Shown here: positions 1 to 12,659 of the stretch, one piece after another | Position numbering within the stretch: the first letter of the stretch is position 1 | Layout: every line of letters starts with the position of its first letter | Assembly: GCF_018977255.1 (NCBI RefSeq) | Contig: NW_024704742.1 | Location: 39,062,001-39,126,000, forward strand | Direction: 5' to 3' | Length of the DNA stretch: 64,000 nt | DNA from: Callorhinchus milii | Taxonomy: Eukaryota | Translations under genes and position numbers: made by a program | The notes under the pieces: model-generated | What the model was told of the DNA's origin: nothing | What the model saw: the letters and a program-made list of their open reading frames with translations, nothing else | Databases searched by the model: none

Positions 1-215
1 ACACCAGGCTCCGTGATCCCATCACCTCCACCCTCGCCTGGATCCAGTGGCTCCCCATTCCTTCAGAGGATCAAGTTCAAAATTCTTGTCCTCACTTTCA
101 AGGCCCTCCATGGCCTTGCCCCTCCTACCTCTCTGACCTGCTAACTCCTTATCAACTTGTCCACTCCCTCCGGTCAGCAGGCTCCGGCCTGCTCCATGTC
201 CCCACTCTGGCCTGC
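1..215 (+). mobile_element. L2-clade LINE 3' ORF2 fragment, degenerate
   Basis: CCCATCACCTCC..TGGCTCCCCATT..ATCAAGTTCAAAATTCTTGTCCTCACTTTCAAGGCCCTCCATGGCCTTGCC resembles the L2 C-terminal 'WLP..RIKFKILVLTFKALHGLAP' motif; boundaries approximate. Confidence 0.75.
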
Positions 216-570
216 CCCAGGCTGAGCTGTTCCATAGTATATGTTTTGCCCCACCCCTCAATGAGAGAATTGCATTCTCAGTCATGTCAAGTAGCTTAGA
301 AGTTCAAGGGACTTACCTTGTTCAGGTCGGCTTATATGTACATTCCCATACACCATTTGCTGAGTCCAGAATTGGACAGGGTAGTTAGGTGCAACATAGG
401 GGGTAGGATCCTAACTTGAATTTTAAGGCCCCAAATTCCTATGTTTTGCATGGAAAATAATTCCCACTGTAAAAGTTATTATTAACAGTGCAGTGAACTA
501 TGACCCAAAAGTCAGAAATACATGAGCTTCAGATGTAGTTTCAAAACACAAAATACTGCAGATACTGGAA

Positions 571-801
571 ATCTGAAAACAAAAACCGAAGTCGCTGGGA
601 ACCCTCAGGGGGTCAGGCAGCATTTATGGAGAAAGGAAAGTGAGTCAACGTTTCGGGTCCATGACCCTTTCATCAGAACTTTGAGAACTTTGAGTTCTGA
701 CGAAGGGTCTTGGACCCGAAACATTGACTCACTTTCCTTTCTCCATAGATGCTGCCTGACCTGCTGAGGGTTCCCAGTGACTTCTGTTTTTGTTTTCAGA
801 T
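571..801. mobile_element. Palindromic Penelope-like terminal-repeat remnant with two hammerhead-like cores
   Basis: Arms 571-680 and 693-801 are near-perfect reverse complements; each carries CTGANGA-GGGTC-loop-GACCC-GAAAC. Confidence 0.7.
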
Positions 802-922
802 GTAGTGTGTTAGGTGAGAATGGTCAGGTATTTCATTGCAATATACAACATGTTGAACTGGTTTACCAAAGTGAAGGCGGGATGTTACTCCATTTCCACT
901 TATCCGTTATGTTGTATTGCAG

Positions 923-949
923 GGCCCACATGGACTTCCAGGACCTAAG
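923..949 (+). CDS. col25a1: Collagen XXV alpha-1 exon (GPHGLPGPK), 27 nt
   Basis: ttgcag acceptor, gtaaaa donor, Gly-X-Y, phase 0. Confidence 0.88.
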
Positions 950-2399
950 GTAAAACACCAGTAACGTCACAAAAGCTTGTAGCAACTAAAAAATAAATGT
1001 ACCCCTTAATTTGTCTCCATACTCTTTTGTAAAATGAGTTGTGCATGCTATGTGCCATTTGTCTGCCTGATTTAATGTTGATTGTATGTTGTAGCATCTT
1101 TAAACCTGTAAGTTCTTAATGGAGCAGATGTTTTACATACTGTAGCAAAACAAATTGGCAACTATCTTGTTGAAAATTATTGATCAATCACTACCCTGAG
1201 CATAATACTGTATACCCATATATCAGAACAACAACTTTTCACCTTTGCTACCTGTGATCTGCTCTTCAAGCAGTAGATGACTGAATCCCCAATCTGAGAG
1301 TCAATAAAGTATTGAAGTGAATTTGGTTGCTTTAAAATGTTCTTCCCCCATCAATGTAAATAGAATACAAAAAACTAACTTCAAATTCTGCAGGCTAAGC
1401 ATTAATTCATCAGTGTTGCTCAGAGAGGTAAAGCGGTGGTTTGGAAATGGAAACATCTCACGGATGCAATACAAGTTGTATGAGGATTCATTTTAAACAG
1501 AAAGCCTTGATAGTATAGCAAGAATCTATTTCTCACCACTGACACCATTTCTAATAAGAAATATATATTTTAAAAAGCAACAAAGTCCAACTTTGGCTAT
1601 CACTGGAGCTCATGAACTTACGGGTTTAAAGTGATCACCACACAAAAAGGTGTTACTGAGGATTCCTGTGCATTAGTCACCATTACAGATAGTTTCAGCA
1701 GATGCACACTTGGGTCAGCTCACTGCAATTATACATTGCTTCTGTATACTTCACATTGATCACTCAAAGTGCATGGGGTTGCTTTCTTTACATCAGGGTC
1801 TCTTCAGTGCCATCAGTAACAAGGATCTTTCACTCACTGCAGCATTGTGACTGTGCATGCATTGGCCATACTCTTTTGTCAGCAATTGAACCAGTGCTTC
1901 AGGTTCTAGATTCTGTGACTGCACTATTATGCAAAATGGTTGATTGGTGTGGTTAGAGAATGCTGTTGGCTGCAGCTTTTAATGGCCATATCATATAAAC
2001 TTCCTCCTCCTGTATCTATATTTTGCAAAATGAAGCATTATTAATAAGTGGAGTTGTCCTTAAAAGCTGAGCATGAGGGCTACTGGGCAGTGCGCTGCAT
2101 TGTGACTCTCGGACTTGTGCTTTTCATTTTCCAATCATGTAAGTCAGTCAATGAGTGTAGAATAGGATTTGTTTCCTCATTGGAAGCTCATTAGACCAGT
2201 AATTTTACTAACTGGTGGAGGATTAGGTGCTGTTATGTGCCAAGGTCAGTAAAGTTATCTCTGGTCAGACAATCTTGCTCACAATCCCCAGTCAGTCTTT
2301 AGAGTGCCCAAATACATGCTACCTTTTCTATAGGCCAATGCTGTTAACCTTCTGTTGAGTACCAAGACCCCAAACAGTGAAATTGCTTGAGGGCCAGTT

Positions 2400-2520
2400 T
2401 GATAGGAACATGCGTGGGCCATTCAGCCCTTGAGCCTGTTTCACCATACATAAGATCATGGCTGATCTGTACCTCAACTCCAAATACCCGCCTTACCCCA
2501 TATCCCTTGATACCCCATAA
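2400..2520 (-). mobile_element. CR1-type LINE 3' end fragment
   Basis: ccattcagccc..aagatcatggctgatct, similar to the 27026-27160 copy. Confidence 0.6.
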
Positions 2521-2789
2521 CCAGTTTCAGGAATACTCCAACTCTCTGCATCAATAGTGAATGATGTGATGGGGGTCTGAGTCCACGATTCATCACAAAC
2601 AGAGGCCACACACTTTCTCACAGGACAGGAGGGGTAAAGGAAAGTACAAGACCAACAGCAGAGAATGTTGGATTTAATTTATACTGGGTTAAGACAGCCT
2701 CAAATACTCTCACTGACCAGCAGAGGAGTGGGAATTATACTGAATCTCAAATCTGCTAATGTTTCACAGCTGGAGATTCTCTCTTCATA

Positions 2790-2980
2790 GGAATGAAGGA
2801 ACAGGATAAGCCCATTCCGCCACCCCATTGGATCATGGCAGATTGTTTATCCCACTTGCCTACTTTTTCTCCATAACCCCGAATAACCTCACTTCCCAAG
2901 TACCTTTCCAGCTCCCTTTTAAACATCCTGATCATTGAATCTGCCTTTATAGCCTTTTGGGGCATTACATTCCACATTAT
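2790..2980 (-). mobile_element. CR1-type LINE 3' fragment
   Basis: Minus ORF MWNVMPQKAIKADS..FKRELERYL resembles the CR1 ORF2 C-terminus. Confidence 0.65.
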
Positions 2981-3254
2981 TATTAACTTTACAGATTAAA
3001 GAGAGAAAAATATGTTTTACCTCTAGTGTTAAACTGCTGAAGAAAATTTGTTTAAATTCATCAGAGGGTTATGTGTGTGTGGTGGGGGTGGAAAACATAT
3101 TGACCTGCTTGCAGAAGAGAAAAATAATTTGTACAATATTTGACCAATGCACTAGAATCTGCAGTATCTTTTTTGTGATAAAGTTGAATGCATTTCTGTC
3201 CTAGCTTTAACCTTCAAAGTAGCAAAAAAAGGTGGACTTTACTTTTACATTTAG

Positions 3255-3335
3255 GGTGAACCAGGGTTGAATGGTGTTAAAGGAGGGAAGGGTGAACCAA
3301 GTGAGAAAGGTGAAAGAGGACCCCTTGGTCTCCCA
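3255..3335 (+). CDS. col25a1: Collagen XXV exon (GEPGLNGVKGGKGEPSEKGERGPLGLP), 81 nt
   Basis: tttag acceptor, gtaagt donor, Gly-X-Y with one Ser at a Gly position. Confidence 0.92.
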
Positions 3336-3619
3336 GTAAGTAGCTAACATTTAATATGGCTTAAATCACAGAGCTTGAACAGCTCTGGTTTACTCTGACC
3401 TATAATGGAACACGCACAGTCCTGGAGCAGAGACAGATCTTATCTCTCAGTATTTGTCCAATTGCCTTATTTATATTGCCTTTTACAGATCTTTTTAATC
3501 ACAAATGTGCTAGTGTTTCCAATCAGTTCTGCAGAATGCAGAGCACACATCAAAATCCTAAATAATTAACACCCCTCATTGTCATTCTATGAACATTATT
3601 CTCTGCCTTGTGATGTCTC

Positions 3620-3876
3620 TGGGTTCAATTCCTGGCAGGGCGAAACCATGGGCAAGTTTCCTTACTCCACACGCCTGATAATAATCCCTCAAAAAAAATA
3701 ATAAATTGGTCATTGCAATCCACTATTGTTTGTGGGACACTGCTGTACGCAATTGGCTGCCGGAAATTACGCCCACAAATATACAGTCAATTCACTTAAC
3801 ATTCTATTCTGTGAAGCGCTTTGAGAAGTCTAGAAGATGTGAAAAGAGCTATATCAAATGCAAGAATTATTATTAT
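3620..3876 (+). mobile_element. tRNA-derived SINE, 5' degraded
   Basis: B-box-like GGTTCAATTCC, same body as the other copies, (ATT)n tail. Confidence 0.85.
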
Positions 3877-4009
3877 CTCCCTAAGGCATTTATACTAGTT
3901 GCTCATTTTATAAAATTGTCCTCAAGACTTGACCTCTCATTCACCATTTCAGCACTAGTAACTCAATCAAACTTAATTTCTTAATTTTAGGACACTTACT
4001 TGCTACTCT

Positions 4010-4535
4010 TTTAAAATCCTCTCACTTGTCTATAAATCCCTCCATGCCCTGGCACCTCCCTACCTTTCTGACTTACTTTCTCCACACTCCGCTACCCGCT
4101 ACCTCTGCTCGACTGGCTCTGGCCTCCTGCTTGTCCCTCATCCCCTCTGCTCCACCGTTGGCGGCTGCGCTTTCAGTCACTACACCCCGAAGCTTTGGAA
4201 CTCTCTCTCCCAATCCCTCTGCCTTGCCCCATTCTTTCCGTCTTTTAGATCACGGCTGAAGACCTTACTCTTCGATTGTGATTACGATCACCTCCTCCCT
4301 CCCGCATTAGGCTCTGCCACTGTCAAGTGCTCTGAGACGCCATGTAGTTTTTAAACACGGTGCAAACATAACCCCTTCCCTCCCCACTTTGAAAGCCCTA
4401 CTCAATACTTACCTCATGCTTTCAGTCATCTTTCTCCTTCCCACTCTCTTCAGATCCCACCCTTCTCCCACCACTGATGGTGTGAAGTGCTTTGGAACTT
4501 CCTCCGGACGTGAAATGCATTATATAAATGTAAAC
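4010..4535 (+). mobile_element. L2 3' end fragments
   Basis: Pyrimidine-rich L2-like 3' region ending gtgaaatgcattatataaatg. Confidence 0.65.
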
Positions 4536-5835
4536 TGAATTGTATTTTCTTAACCCATTCCTTATATAAATTGGCACAAAGAACTCTTAGGAAACACTTC
4601 AAATTTGTTTCCTTTACCTTGATTAACACTACCGCTCCTCATTTAACACCTGTAAAAAACGAGCAGCTCCCAGACTGGATTTTAGGAATCTCTATTCTGA
4701 TTTAAAACTGCTTATTTGGAGCTGCAGCCATGTTCGAGCAGCCTATTTCAGGAAACCGACTACATAAAGTCAGACTCCTATATTTTATTTTCATTGGCAA
4801 TGAAGTGGTTGATTGGGAGGAGCATCTGTGGTGATCAGAGGCCAGAAGCACTGAGTATAGACGAGTGTGAATTGAGGAAAAGGAACAAAGTTCACTGTTC
4901 CTTTATGCCAATTTCTTCTGCTTTGAACACAAAAATGGGTTAAGAAGCATTGTAGGTTTTAAGCCATTGTGCACTATTTTCCACCATTGTGGCATACCTA
5001 AAACCTAAAATTCCAAAGACAATCTTTCTTTCCCTAGTTTACAATCTAATCATTCTCAATGTTTGTGCTATTTGCAATGCTTAAGAATAAGGAGTAAATT
5101 TGGGTTGGGTTTAATGGGTCTATTAGATGCTGATTGAGAAAATAAACAAGGCATGAAAAGTTCACATTTAATGATCATCACATGACAACCCCCATATGAC
5201 AGTAGTTTGTGAGTTGCCTTTCCCTCTGCTGTAACGCTGGATTGAATGCAACTAGTGCAATATGAAGCATGTTGGCCTTGCTCCCATTGGGAAACCGTGT
5301 TTGTGAAGGTATTGTATTGCCTCACACTATATTTCTGTTTCTGTGAAGCTGCAGGTATGATCACTCTAGCTTGGTTCACTATGGACTTTTCCATACCTCC
5401 AAAAGAAAGGAAATAGTTTCTCATAGAAATGACGGAAGTAGCTGGAGTGCCAAGGCTGTGCAATGAGAGAGTGGCACAGTGTATTAGGAAAGTGCTCTTG
5501 TTGCACACAACACAACCAGATGGGCCTGAGATGCTGCATTTTTCTTGAACAGGGCTTCTTTTAATAATAGTCCACAGCACACTTCTCACTTAGATCAATT
5601 TTAGATAATTAACCACAATGTTCTATAACTTCATGTCATCTGTTCTCCGTTACCACTAAATGATACATTACTTTTTGTGCTAAGGCCTGTTGTGTCTGTG
5701 ATTGTATTTAATACACGACTGAATCAGGGACCCCACCTTAATTTCATTTGTGTGAAGTTGTTTTTGATCATTAACCATCGTACACTAAAATCGTGTTCCT
5801 CTTACCCCACCCTTCTAATGACACAAATCATGCAG

Positions 5836-5871
5836 GGCGCATCTGGCTTAGATGGACAGCCAGGACCGCCG
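5836..5871 (+). CDS. col25a1: Collagen XXV exon (GASGLDGQPGPP), 36 nt
   Basis: tgcag acceptor, gtgagt donor, Gly-X-Y. Confidence 0.9.
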
Positions 5872-6712
5872 GTGAGTGAGTCACGTTTGTACTTAAAGTA
5901 CTCCTTATCCTTTCTTTTGACTATCCTCTTTCTGCTTGGTGCTGGCAGTCCACTGAAGTTAGTCAATGCTGTGTGCTCATAATCCCCTCCTTCATACTCA
6001 CTCCATTCTTTGTGCATGATTTGTTCACACGCCAGCAGGAGGTGCTAATAAGTCCTCTTCACTTGGTTAAGTTTACCTGTTTTTTTCCCCCCCTTTTAAC
6101 TCCGGTCAGTATGCTACATTAGTCCAAGGTAAACTCACAGAGAGAAATAAAGTGCGTCAGTGTCTTAGGAAAGAACAAATGCAATTTGCCTTTTACATTG
6201 GATGCCAATCGAAAAAAACATCTTAAATCTATATTTTGAATTCATCAGGGATTTCCCTTGATGGCTGCAACGTTCTCCTGAAATTAACAAACCTACCACC
6301 AGTGTGAATTGGAGCAGGTCCAAGGTGAATGTAGACTGCTGATGTTTCAGTGGGTTGTGGTTACAGGCAAGTGTGGTGTGCCAAGGCTGTACCTTCTTTA
6401 GCTAGAGGTCCATCCATTTGCTACTAACTGTACCACAAGTTGGGTTGCGAAAAGTTGACAAAGTGCAAAAAGAATTGTGCAAATGAGCAAACATTGAGCC
6501 GTTCGACCCTTCTTGCTGCCTCTGTCATTTTGGAAGTTGTTTTGTGTTATCAATCGGACAACCTCCAGTATGTACATTGCCAGTGATGGAATAATATTCA
6601 CAAATGTGTGAAATGTCCTTGTCTGTTTCCCCCAGGAAAGAGAAGTCTTTTATTTCATCAATAGATGTAGGGAACTTTCACCACAGTTAACTGTTTTCTT
6701 TGTGTTCACCAG

Positions 6713-6766
6713 GGTATGGATGGTCCAATGGGTCCCTCAGGTCCAGCAGGTCCGAAGGGGGATAGA
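6713..6766 (+). CDS. col25a1: Collagen XXV exon (GMDGPMGPSGPAGPKGDR), 54 nt
   Basis: Pyrimidine tract plus ccag acceptor, gtaagt donor, classic 54-nt collagen exon. Confidence 0.93.
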
Positions 6767-7844
6767 GTAAGTATTGAGAAATTTTGCAACAAGATACAAA
6801 TATATCAACTAATAGAGCATGAGAGTATATAAAGCACATCTAGAAATAAAATCAACAGATGTACGTAGAAATAATGAAGCATCTACATCACGTTGACTCA
6901 CAGAAATTCCTTTTGAATCAATTCCTATCAGAGCAGAATTCCCATGGTTTGACATGAAGTTGACAATAGACTTCTGGTTACTTATAGGGTTCTACACTTG
7001 TATTTTTTAAATTAAAGACATTTCTGTCCAATGATGCAAAATAAAATACACAGATGATAATATTGTATCTATTAAAACTGCTGTACAGTGTAGTCACTGT
7101 GGTTTTTGCAGAACACTTCTTTGCCTTTTTGATTTCTTCCCTCTTTAGCTCTGATTCAGATGATGCTCTATGTCTAGGAAGACTAAACATCTCTACAAGT
7201 GCAATTAATACTAATCCTAGCACTACAGTCGAGGGCTGCTGTGCTGAGTGGATAGGGCTGCCCTATATTCTTGGCTATACAATTTGTCACCATTCCCTGC
7301 TGCACTTGACAACCAGACCTCCACAGAAACGCACTCATATGATGGGGGCTGTGGTGGGGAGAAACCGACCATGTGTACTTGTGTATTGTTAGCAGAGCCA
7401 AGTATTCATATCTGGTCTATTGCAACAATTCCAAGCTCTCTGTCAGATTGGAGTAACATTTGAAGTACATTCAAGGCATTTGTTGTGTTAAATGTTTGAT
7501 AACTACCAGCAGGTGGAGCAATCCTCTCCAGGTAAGTGGAATTGTCCTCTTCCAGAAAACGTGACAGTGTTTGTTTCAATCCGATGATCTTTCAATTGTA
7601 TTTTCTGGTCACCTGGGTGTCTTTAAAGAGATTTATTTATTTGATATATTTTCTGGCTTTCATCAGCCAAAAAAAGGGAAATTCACACTCTCCCCAGGTT
7701 AAGTGGGGCCTAGTATGCTTTACTAATCAGTTTATATGTTAAATCTCTGTTTAAACAATGGCATCTGAAGTTTTAAAGCATTTTCACAATCAGTGTTTTG
7801 TCTGATTTCAAGAGGGTTATTCTCATTTTATTAGTAAGTTTATG

Positions 7845-8390
7845 ATCTTTGCTCACAGCCCATGCCACTGAAATACTTATTCACACCCCTGCCATATTCT
7901 GCTTAGCATTTTCTGAGGCACTCCTCCTTGGTCTCCCTAGCTCCACTATTCGCAAGCTGCAACACATCCAAAGCTCAGTTGCTCGCATCCTCACCCACAC
8001 CAAACTTTATATGCTCATTGCCTCATGGATCAATTTCAAGGTCCTCGACCCTACCTCCATAACGACCCACTCTCTGATCTTCTGTCCCTCTCCTCGCTTG
8101 CCCCCTCCTTTCAGCTAACTTGGATGTTTTTTCCGCCTTCTCCATTGCACCATCAGTAGCCGATCCATCAGTTCCTACACCCCTAACCCATGGAACTCTC
8201 TCCTTCTACCACTCCATCGCGCCTCATCCCTTTCTGTCTCTAAGTCTCACCTCAAAATATAGCCTTTCAGCACACAAAAGTTATGGCCACCTCCCTTTCC
8301 CTCTACCCCCTCTTCCTTGTTTGGTGTCCACCCAAGTCATTTTAAAGCTCTCGGGGTATGTTACCTTATGTAAAATGCAATTTGTTGCTG
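7845..8390 (+). mobile_element. L2 ORF2 3' fragment and tail
   Basis: ORF ..LLLGLPSSTIRKLQHIQSSVARILT.. matches the L2 'LL.GLP...KLQ.IQN.AAR' motif. Confidence 0.75.
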
Positions 8391-9809
8391 TGTACTCTCA
8401 GCCCAATACAATCCGAGAATAGTAACTACCTACTTCCAAAAGGTGGCAAAGTTTAACAACTGCAGAAGTGTTTATTTGGGATGTATTCTGGGAGATAAAT
8501 AATGGTTAACGAAGGTTTATATCATTGTGGTGATGACTCTTCCCCTAACTATTTGATCTAATCACTAATCGGAATGAAAAACAGACCAGTGTTGCAAGTT
8601 TTTAAAAAAAAAACGCTTTATTTGAGTAAAACATAAATAACAAACACATATCTATAAAGCAATTTGTATTTTAGTTGCTTTGTACATAGAAAACATTTGC
8701 TTACAGCTTTACAGCATTAAATTTACTAAAATTAACTTTAACTTTAAATGGGTTACTGCAGGAAGGTCATAGGAGTCTGTGTACTAGCTTAATATTTGTA
8801 AAGCAGCAAATGGGGGAATGGGCTGCAAACGCATCACTGACTGACTTAAACAGTGCAGGGCTTGGTAAAAAATTAATGAGCGAATAAGAGTAAGTGTCGT
8901 ATATACTTAGCAAGTGTTTGTTTAAATGAGAAGGCTACATTTCCATTTCTAGTTGTTATTTTTCTGGCAGGATTAGTGGTCTAAAATGGCTAACAGATTG
9001 CAGGAAATTGCATTTCAGGAAGTCAAAGATCTTGTTTCAGGGAAATTTGCCCATCCAATATTATTTTGCTTCCGACATTCCAAAGCTTTGACCTAGAATG
9101 GAAACAGTGCAAGTTTCCTTCTTGCTGGCAACGTTGATAAAAGCATTGCTTAGGATGAAACTCAGCTATACACATGCAGACAGAAGTTCCTAGGTTAAAT
9201 CCCGGATACGTACTGAATCAGCTGATCTTAACCAGAGTTTGGCTGTTGTACTTTGGGCTAGGAAGGGAAAACGTCATCTGAAATTCATCCCTGATCACTA
9301 TTGAAAAACAGAAAGAACAGCCACTTGGGTGAGATCAGAAAAGGTGCCCAACACCTACTGAACTGTGCCCAAGCAGGAGTCAATGTCTTTAGGAAAGGGA
9401 AGACAATTTGGAGGATAAAAAAAAGTATTTTTGGTAATTTTTTTAATGCTTTTTTATGGGAAGTAGACAGGCAGCTTTATTAACTCTTAGTTTAGAACCT
9501 ATATATCATTTGTATGCTATGGCTCGCCTACAAAATAGTGCAGTAAGTACACTTTACAGTAAACTCTGAGAAGCACGTTGAAACATCCGACTGACTGGAA
9601 AAGCGTTATATCAAATGCCAAGGATGATTATTGTTATTTTATTGTAGCATTGGAGTACTGTGTAGCAACTGCAGATTTGAAAGCATTCATGCAATCCAAA
9701 ATCTCAATTGAAACAAATGTGAGATCAGGTTTTACATATTAATTTCAATACAGATAAATGTAACATTATGCTTATAGGATAGCAATAGGAGGCATATATA
9801 CACCATGGA

Positions 9810-10400
9810 TGTGACGAGATTTAATAAGGGGTTGCTGAAATAGATCTAGGGGTTTTAGTTGACCCAGCATGGCCAAACAGTGTGAGGAAGCAATAAACGA
9901 GACCAAAGAGTTGTAGAGTGATATGACCAAATCACTTGAGTTCAGATCCCTAGAAACCAAGGTACATACCTGTAGTCGTGTACAGTTTTGTTTGCTGCAA
10001 GATAAGGGATCAAGTCCTAGAGGCAGTCCAGAAGAAAGCAACCAAGCTGATCTTGCGTTAGATGATAGCTATAATGACCAACCAAGGCTCTTCAGCCTTT
10101 TAAGAGATTTCTCAAAAGGAACTTATAGAGGCATTTAAAATACTAAATGGGGTGCAGAAAGTAAACCCAGAATAATGCTTTCAGATATGCAAAAAAGAAC
10201 AAAAGAGCACAGCTTTCCGGAGTTGTGAATGGAAATTTTATGACAGATGCAAAGTACATAGAGGAAATCAACAACTGAAATGGGTTACCGCAGGAAGGTC
10301 ATAGAAGTCTGTGTACTGGATTCATTTAAGAAACAGCTTGGAAGATGGTAGGATGAATATTTTAGAAAGATGAGTTCAAATGGGCTGAAGGGCTTTTTTC
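9810..10400 (+). mobile_element. CR1-type LINE 3' fragments, degenerate
   Basis: ctcttcagcctt..gcatttaaaatactaaatgg..aatgggttaccgcaggaagg..atgggctgaagggc; a ~45 bp related piece also lies at ~8746-8790. Confidence 0.55.
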
Positions 10401-11130
10401 TCTCTTGTGATAACAAACATCCCATATTGAACTGACGAAGTTTAGTTCATTTTAATTGAAAATTGGTCCCAGATCCATGATACAAGCCCAGCTGCTCCAT
10501 TGTTCTTTTATCTGCAACATACTTCACTACAGAGACAATGGAGTCAAACAGGTTGCACGAGGCTACAGATCATTTTAGCATGTTCAAACATTTTTTTGTT
10601 TCTCTAAAATAGGACCATTTTCTGCTCAATTTGTCAGATAGGTGGAATTCTGATAATTACCAGCTAGATTAAAGAGACAAAAATATTAGTAATAATAATG
10701 GTAATTGCATTTGATTTGACTATATATATATATATTATATATGCCCTCTAGACTATTTAAATGTCATCCTGACTACCACTCCAACTCGGTATGTTCTCTG
10801 ACTAGTGAATTATTCTGAAGTTATCATCTCCTTTGTGAAAAATAGCTTCCAATATCAAGAATATTATGGCAAACTGACTTAATCATTAATGGTTTTCACT
10901 TCAGCTGTTATTTTCCATTAGATGCTAAAGCTATTATTGGGAGTGGGGTATATATAAGAATATATTACTCAGGATTATGTTAGACTATGTTACCAGCAAG
11001 ATTCTAAACTTGCCATATCCCACAGGACTTGCTATGCTTAGTGGTTTCTGTGGCTGTGGTTACTTAGCAAAACCAAAGATCTTGAAATCCAGGATTGTTT
11101 ATAATTGTGATCACTTTTTTTTGTTTTTAG

Positions 11131-11184
11131 GGTGAAAAGGGAGTAGGTGGTGACCCGGGGCCAAGGGGCCCCACAGGTTTGCCC
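11131..11184 (+). CDS. col25a1: Collagen XXV exon (GEKGVGGDPGPRGPTGLP), 54 nt
   Basis: T-rich tract plus ttag acceptor, gtaagt donor, Gly-X-Y. Confidence 0.93.
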
Positions 11185-11704
11185 GTAAGTAAACTGATTG
11201 TCAGTGTGCTCACAGTGCGCAAGCTGCAGAAATGGAATGGGACAGCTTCACACAGCTTGGATTACTTATTGAACTCAAGATGGTTGGGAGTTGGTAATGA
11301 GTGCATTATTTATTCCAGGGTCTCAGCTCACACTATAAATCACACCAGTGCAGCTCAACTTGTTTACAGCTCATCTGAAACCTGAGATTAAATTACACCC
11401 ATATACAGTACTCGCTTTCTACCAGCTACAATTATGTAAGAGGCACAGCAAAATGAAACTTAACTCCTGAGCATTAGACTGGGCTGACATGCCACAGATT
11501 GAAGGCTGTGGATGAGAGACTATTCAGTGGAATGATGAAACACACAATTGGCAGGAGGGTCTATGGGAATTATTTTGCAGTTCCAAAGCTAAATTAAAAT
11601 TAAGAGACTGGTATACTGTATATGTAAGAATATATTACTCAGGATTGTGTTAGGCTACGTTGCCAGCAATAGTACTATGCTTCCGTAGTTTAAACGTTAG
11701 ATAG

Positions 11705-12152
11705 TTTGCCCAGATACTCACCTGCACAAAACTCAGTACCCCCATCATACCAGTCCTTGTCAGGCTCCACTGGCTCACAATTACCGAACGGATTGATTTC
11801 AAGATCCTCTCACTCCTTTTCAAATCCCTTCATGCCCTTGGACCTCCCTACCTATCCGATCTGCTTATCCCTTACTCCATCACCCGCTGGCTCCAGCCTC
11901 TTGTTTGTCCCTCGTCCCCTGTGCTCCACCATCAGTGGCAGTGCCTTTAGCCACTACGTCTTGAAACTTTAACTCTCTCCCTCAATCCCTCTGCCTTGCC
12001 CCCGCCCCACTTTCAAATCCCACCTAAAGACCTTCCTTTTGATCGTGCTTATGGTGTTACCTTCCCCCTCCCTCTTCCCGGCTCAGTGTCAGACTCCGCC
12101 ACTGGGACACTACCCCGCGTAAAGGGTACTATAAAAATACAAGTTGTTGTTG
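11705..12152 (+). mobile_element. L2 3' fragment with (TTG)n tail
   Basis: ctccactggctc..gattgatttcaagatcctc..; ends aagttgttgttg. Confidence 0.7.
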
Positions 12153-12588
12153 GCTAGGTGGTTGTTCCCAACAGAACAGACTGAGAAGGTACTAGAGTTC
12201 TGAAATTCGTCATGTTCTTAACCTTGTCTTAAAATGTACGATTGTGCAGAATTTGGGAAAAAGGTTTAATTCAGTCTTAATTTGGAAGTTGACTTTCTGC
12301 AGTTCTTAAATAGAGTAGAGTTGGAACAAGCTCCCAACAAACACAGACACTGCTGCCATGATTAGTGCAAATACAAATTTACATTTATATAGCAGGGTAT
12401 CCTAAGGTGCTTAATATTCCTCAATTCCTTCAGAAAAGAACTGAATAAATATCTAGCTGGAACTGGAATTGAAATATATATAAAGATGTGCTAACTGTGA
12501 TGAAGAATATTCCAAAAGAATACAATAGATTTCATACTGCTTTGGGAAGATAATTTGGTCGTTAATCCATTTAATGTTTTACTTTCAG

Positions 12589-12642
12589 GGCTTCTCAGGC
12601 CATCAGGGAGAAAAAGGAGATAGAGGAGAAAGGGGAGAAAAG
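12589..12642 (+). CDS. col25a1: Collagen XXV exon (GFSGHQGEKGDRGERGEK), 54 nt
   Basis: tttcag acceptor, weak gtgcaa donor, Gly-X-Y. Confidence 0.9.
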
Positions 12643-12659
12643 GTGCAATTCCTGACCTA

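Noticed and set aside
5068..5589. 173-aa minus-strand ORF and similar intronic ORFs (e.g. 13248-13814, 30711-31082)
   Set aside because: No recognisable domain; they lie in intron, repeat or LTR sequence, often with non-ATG starts
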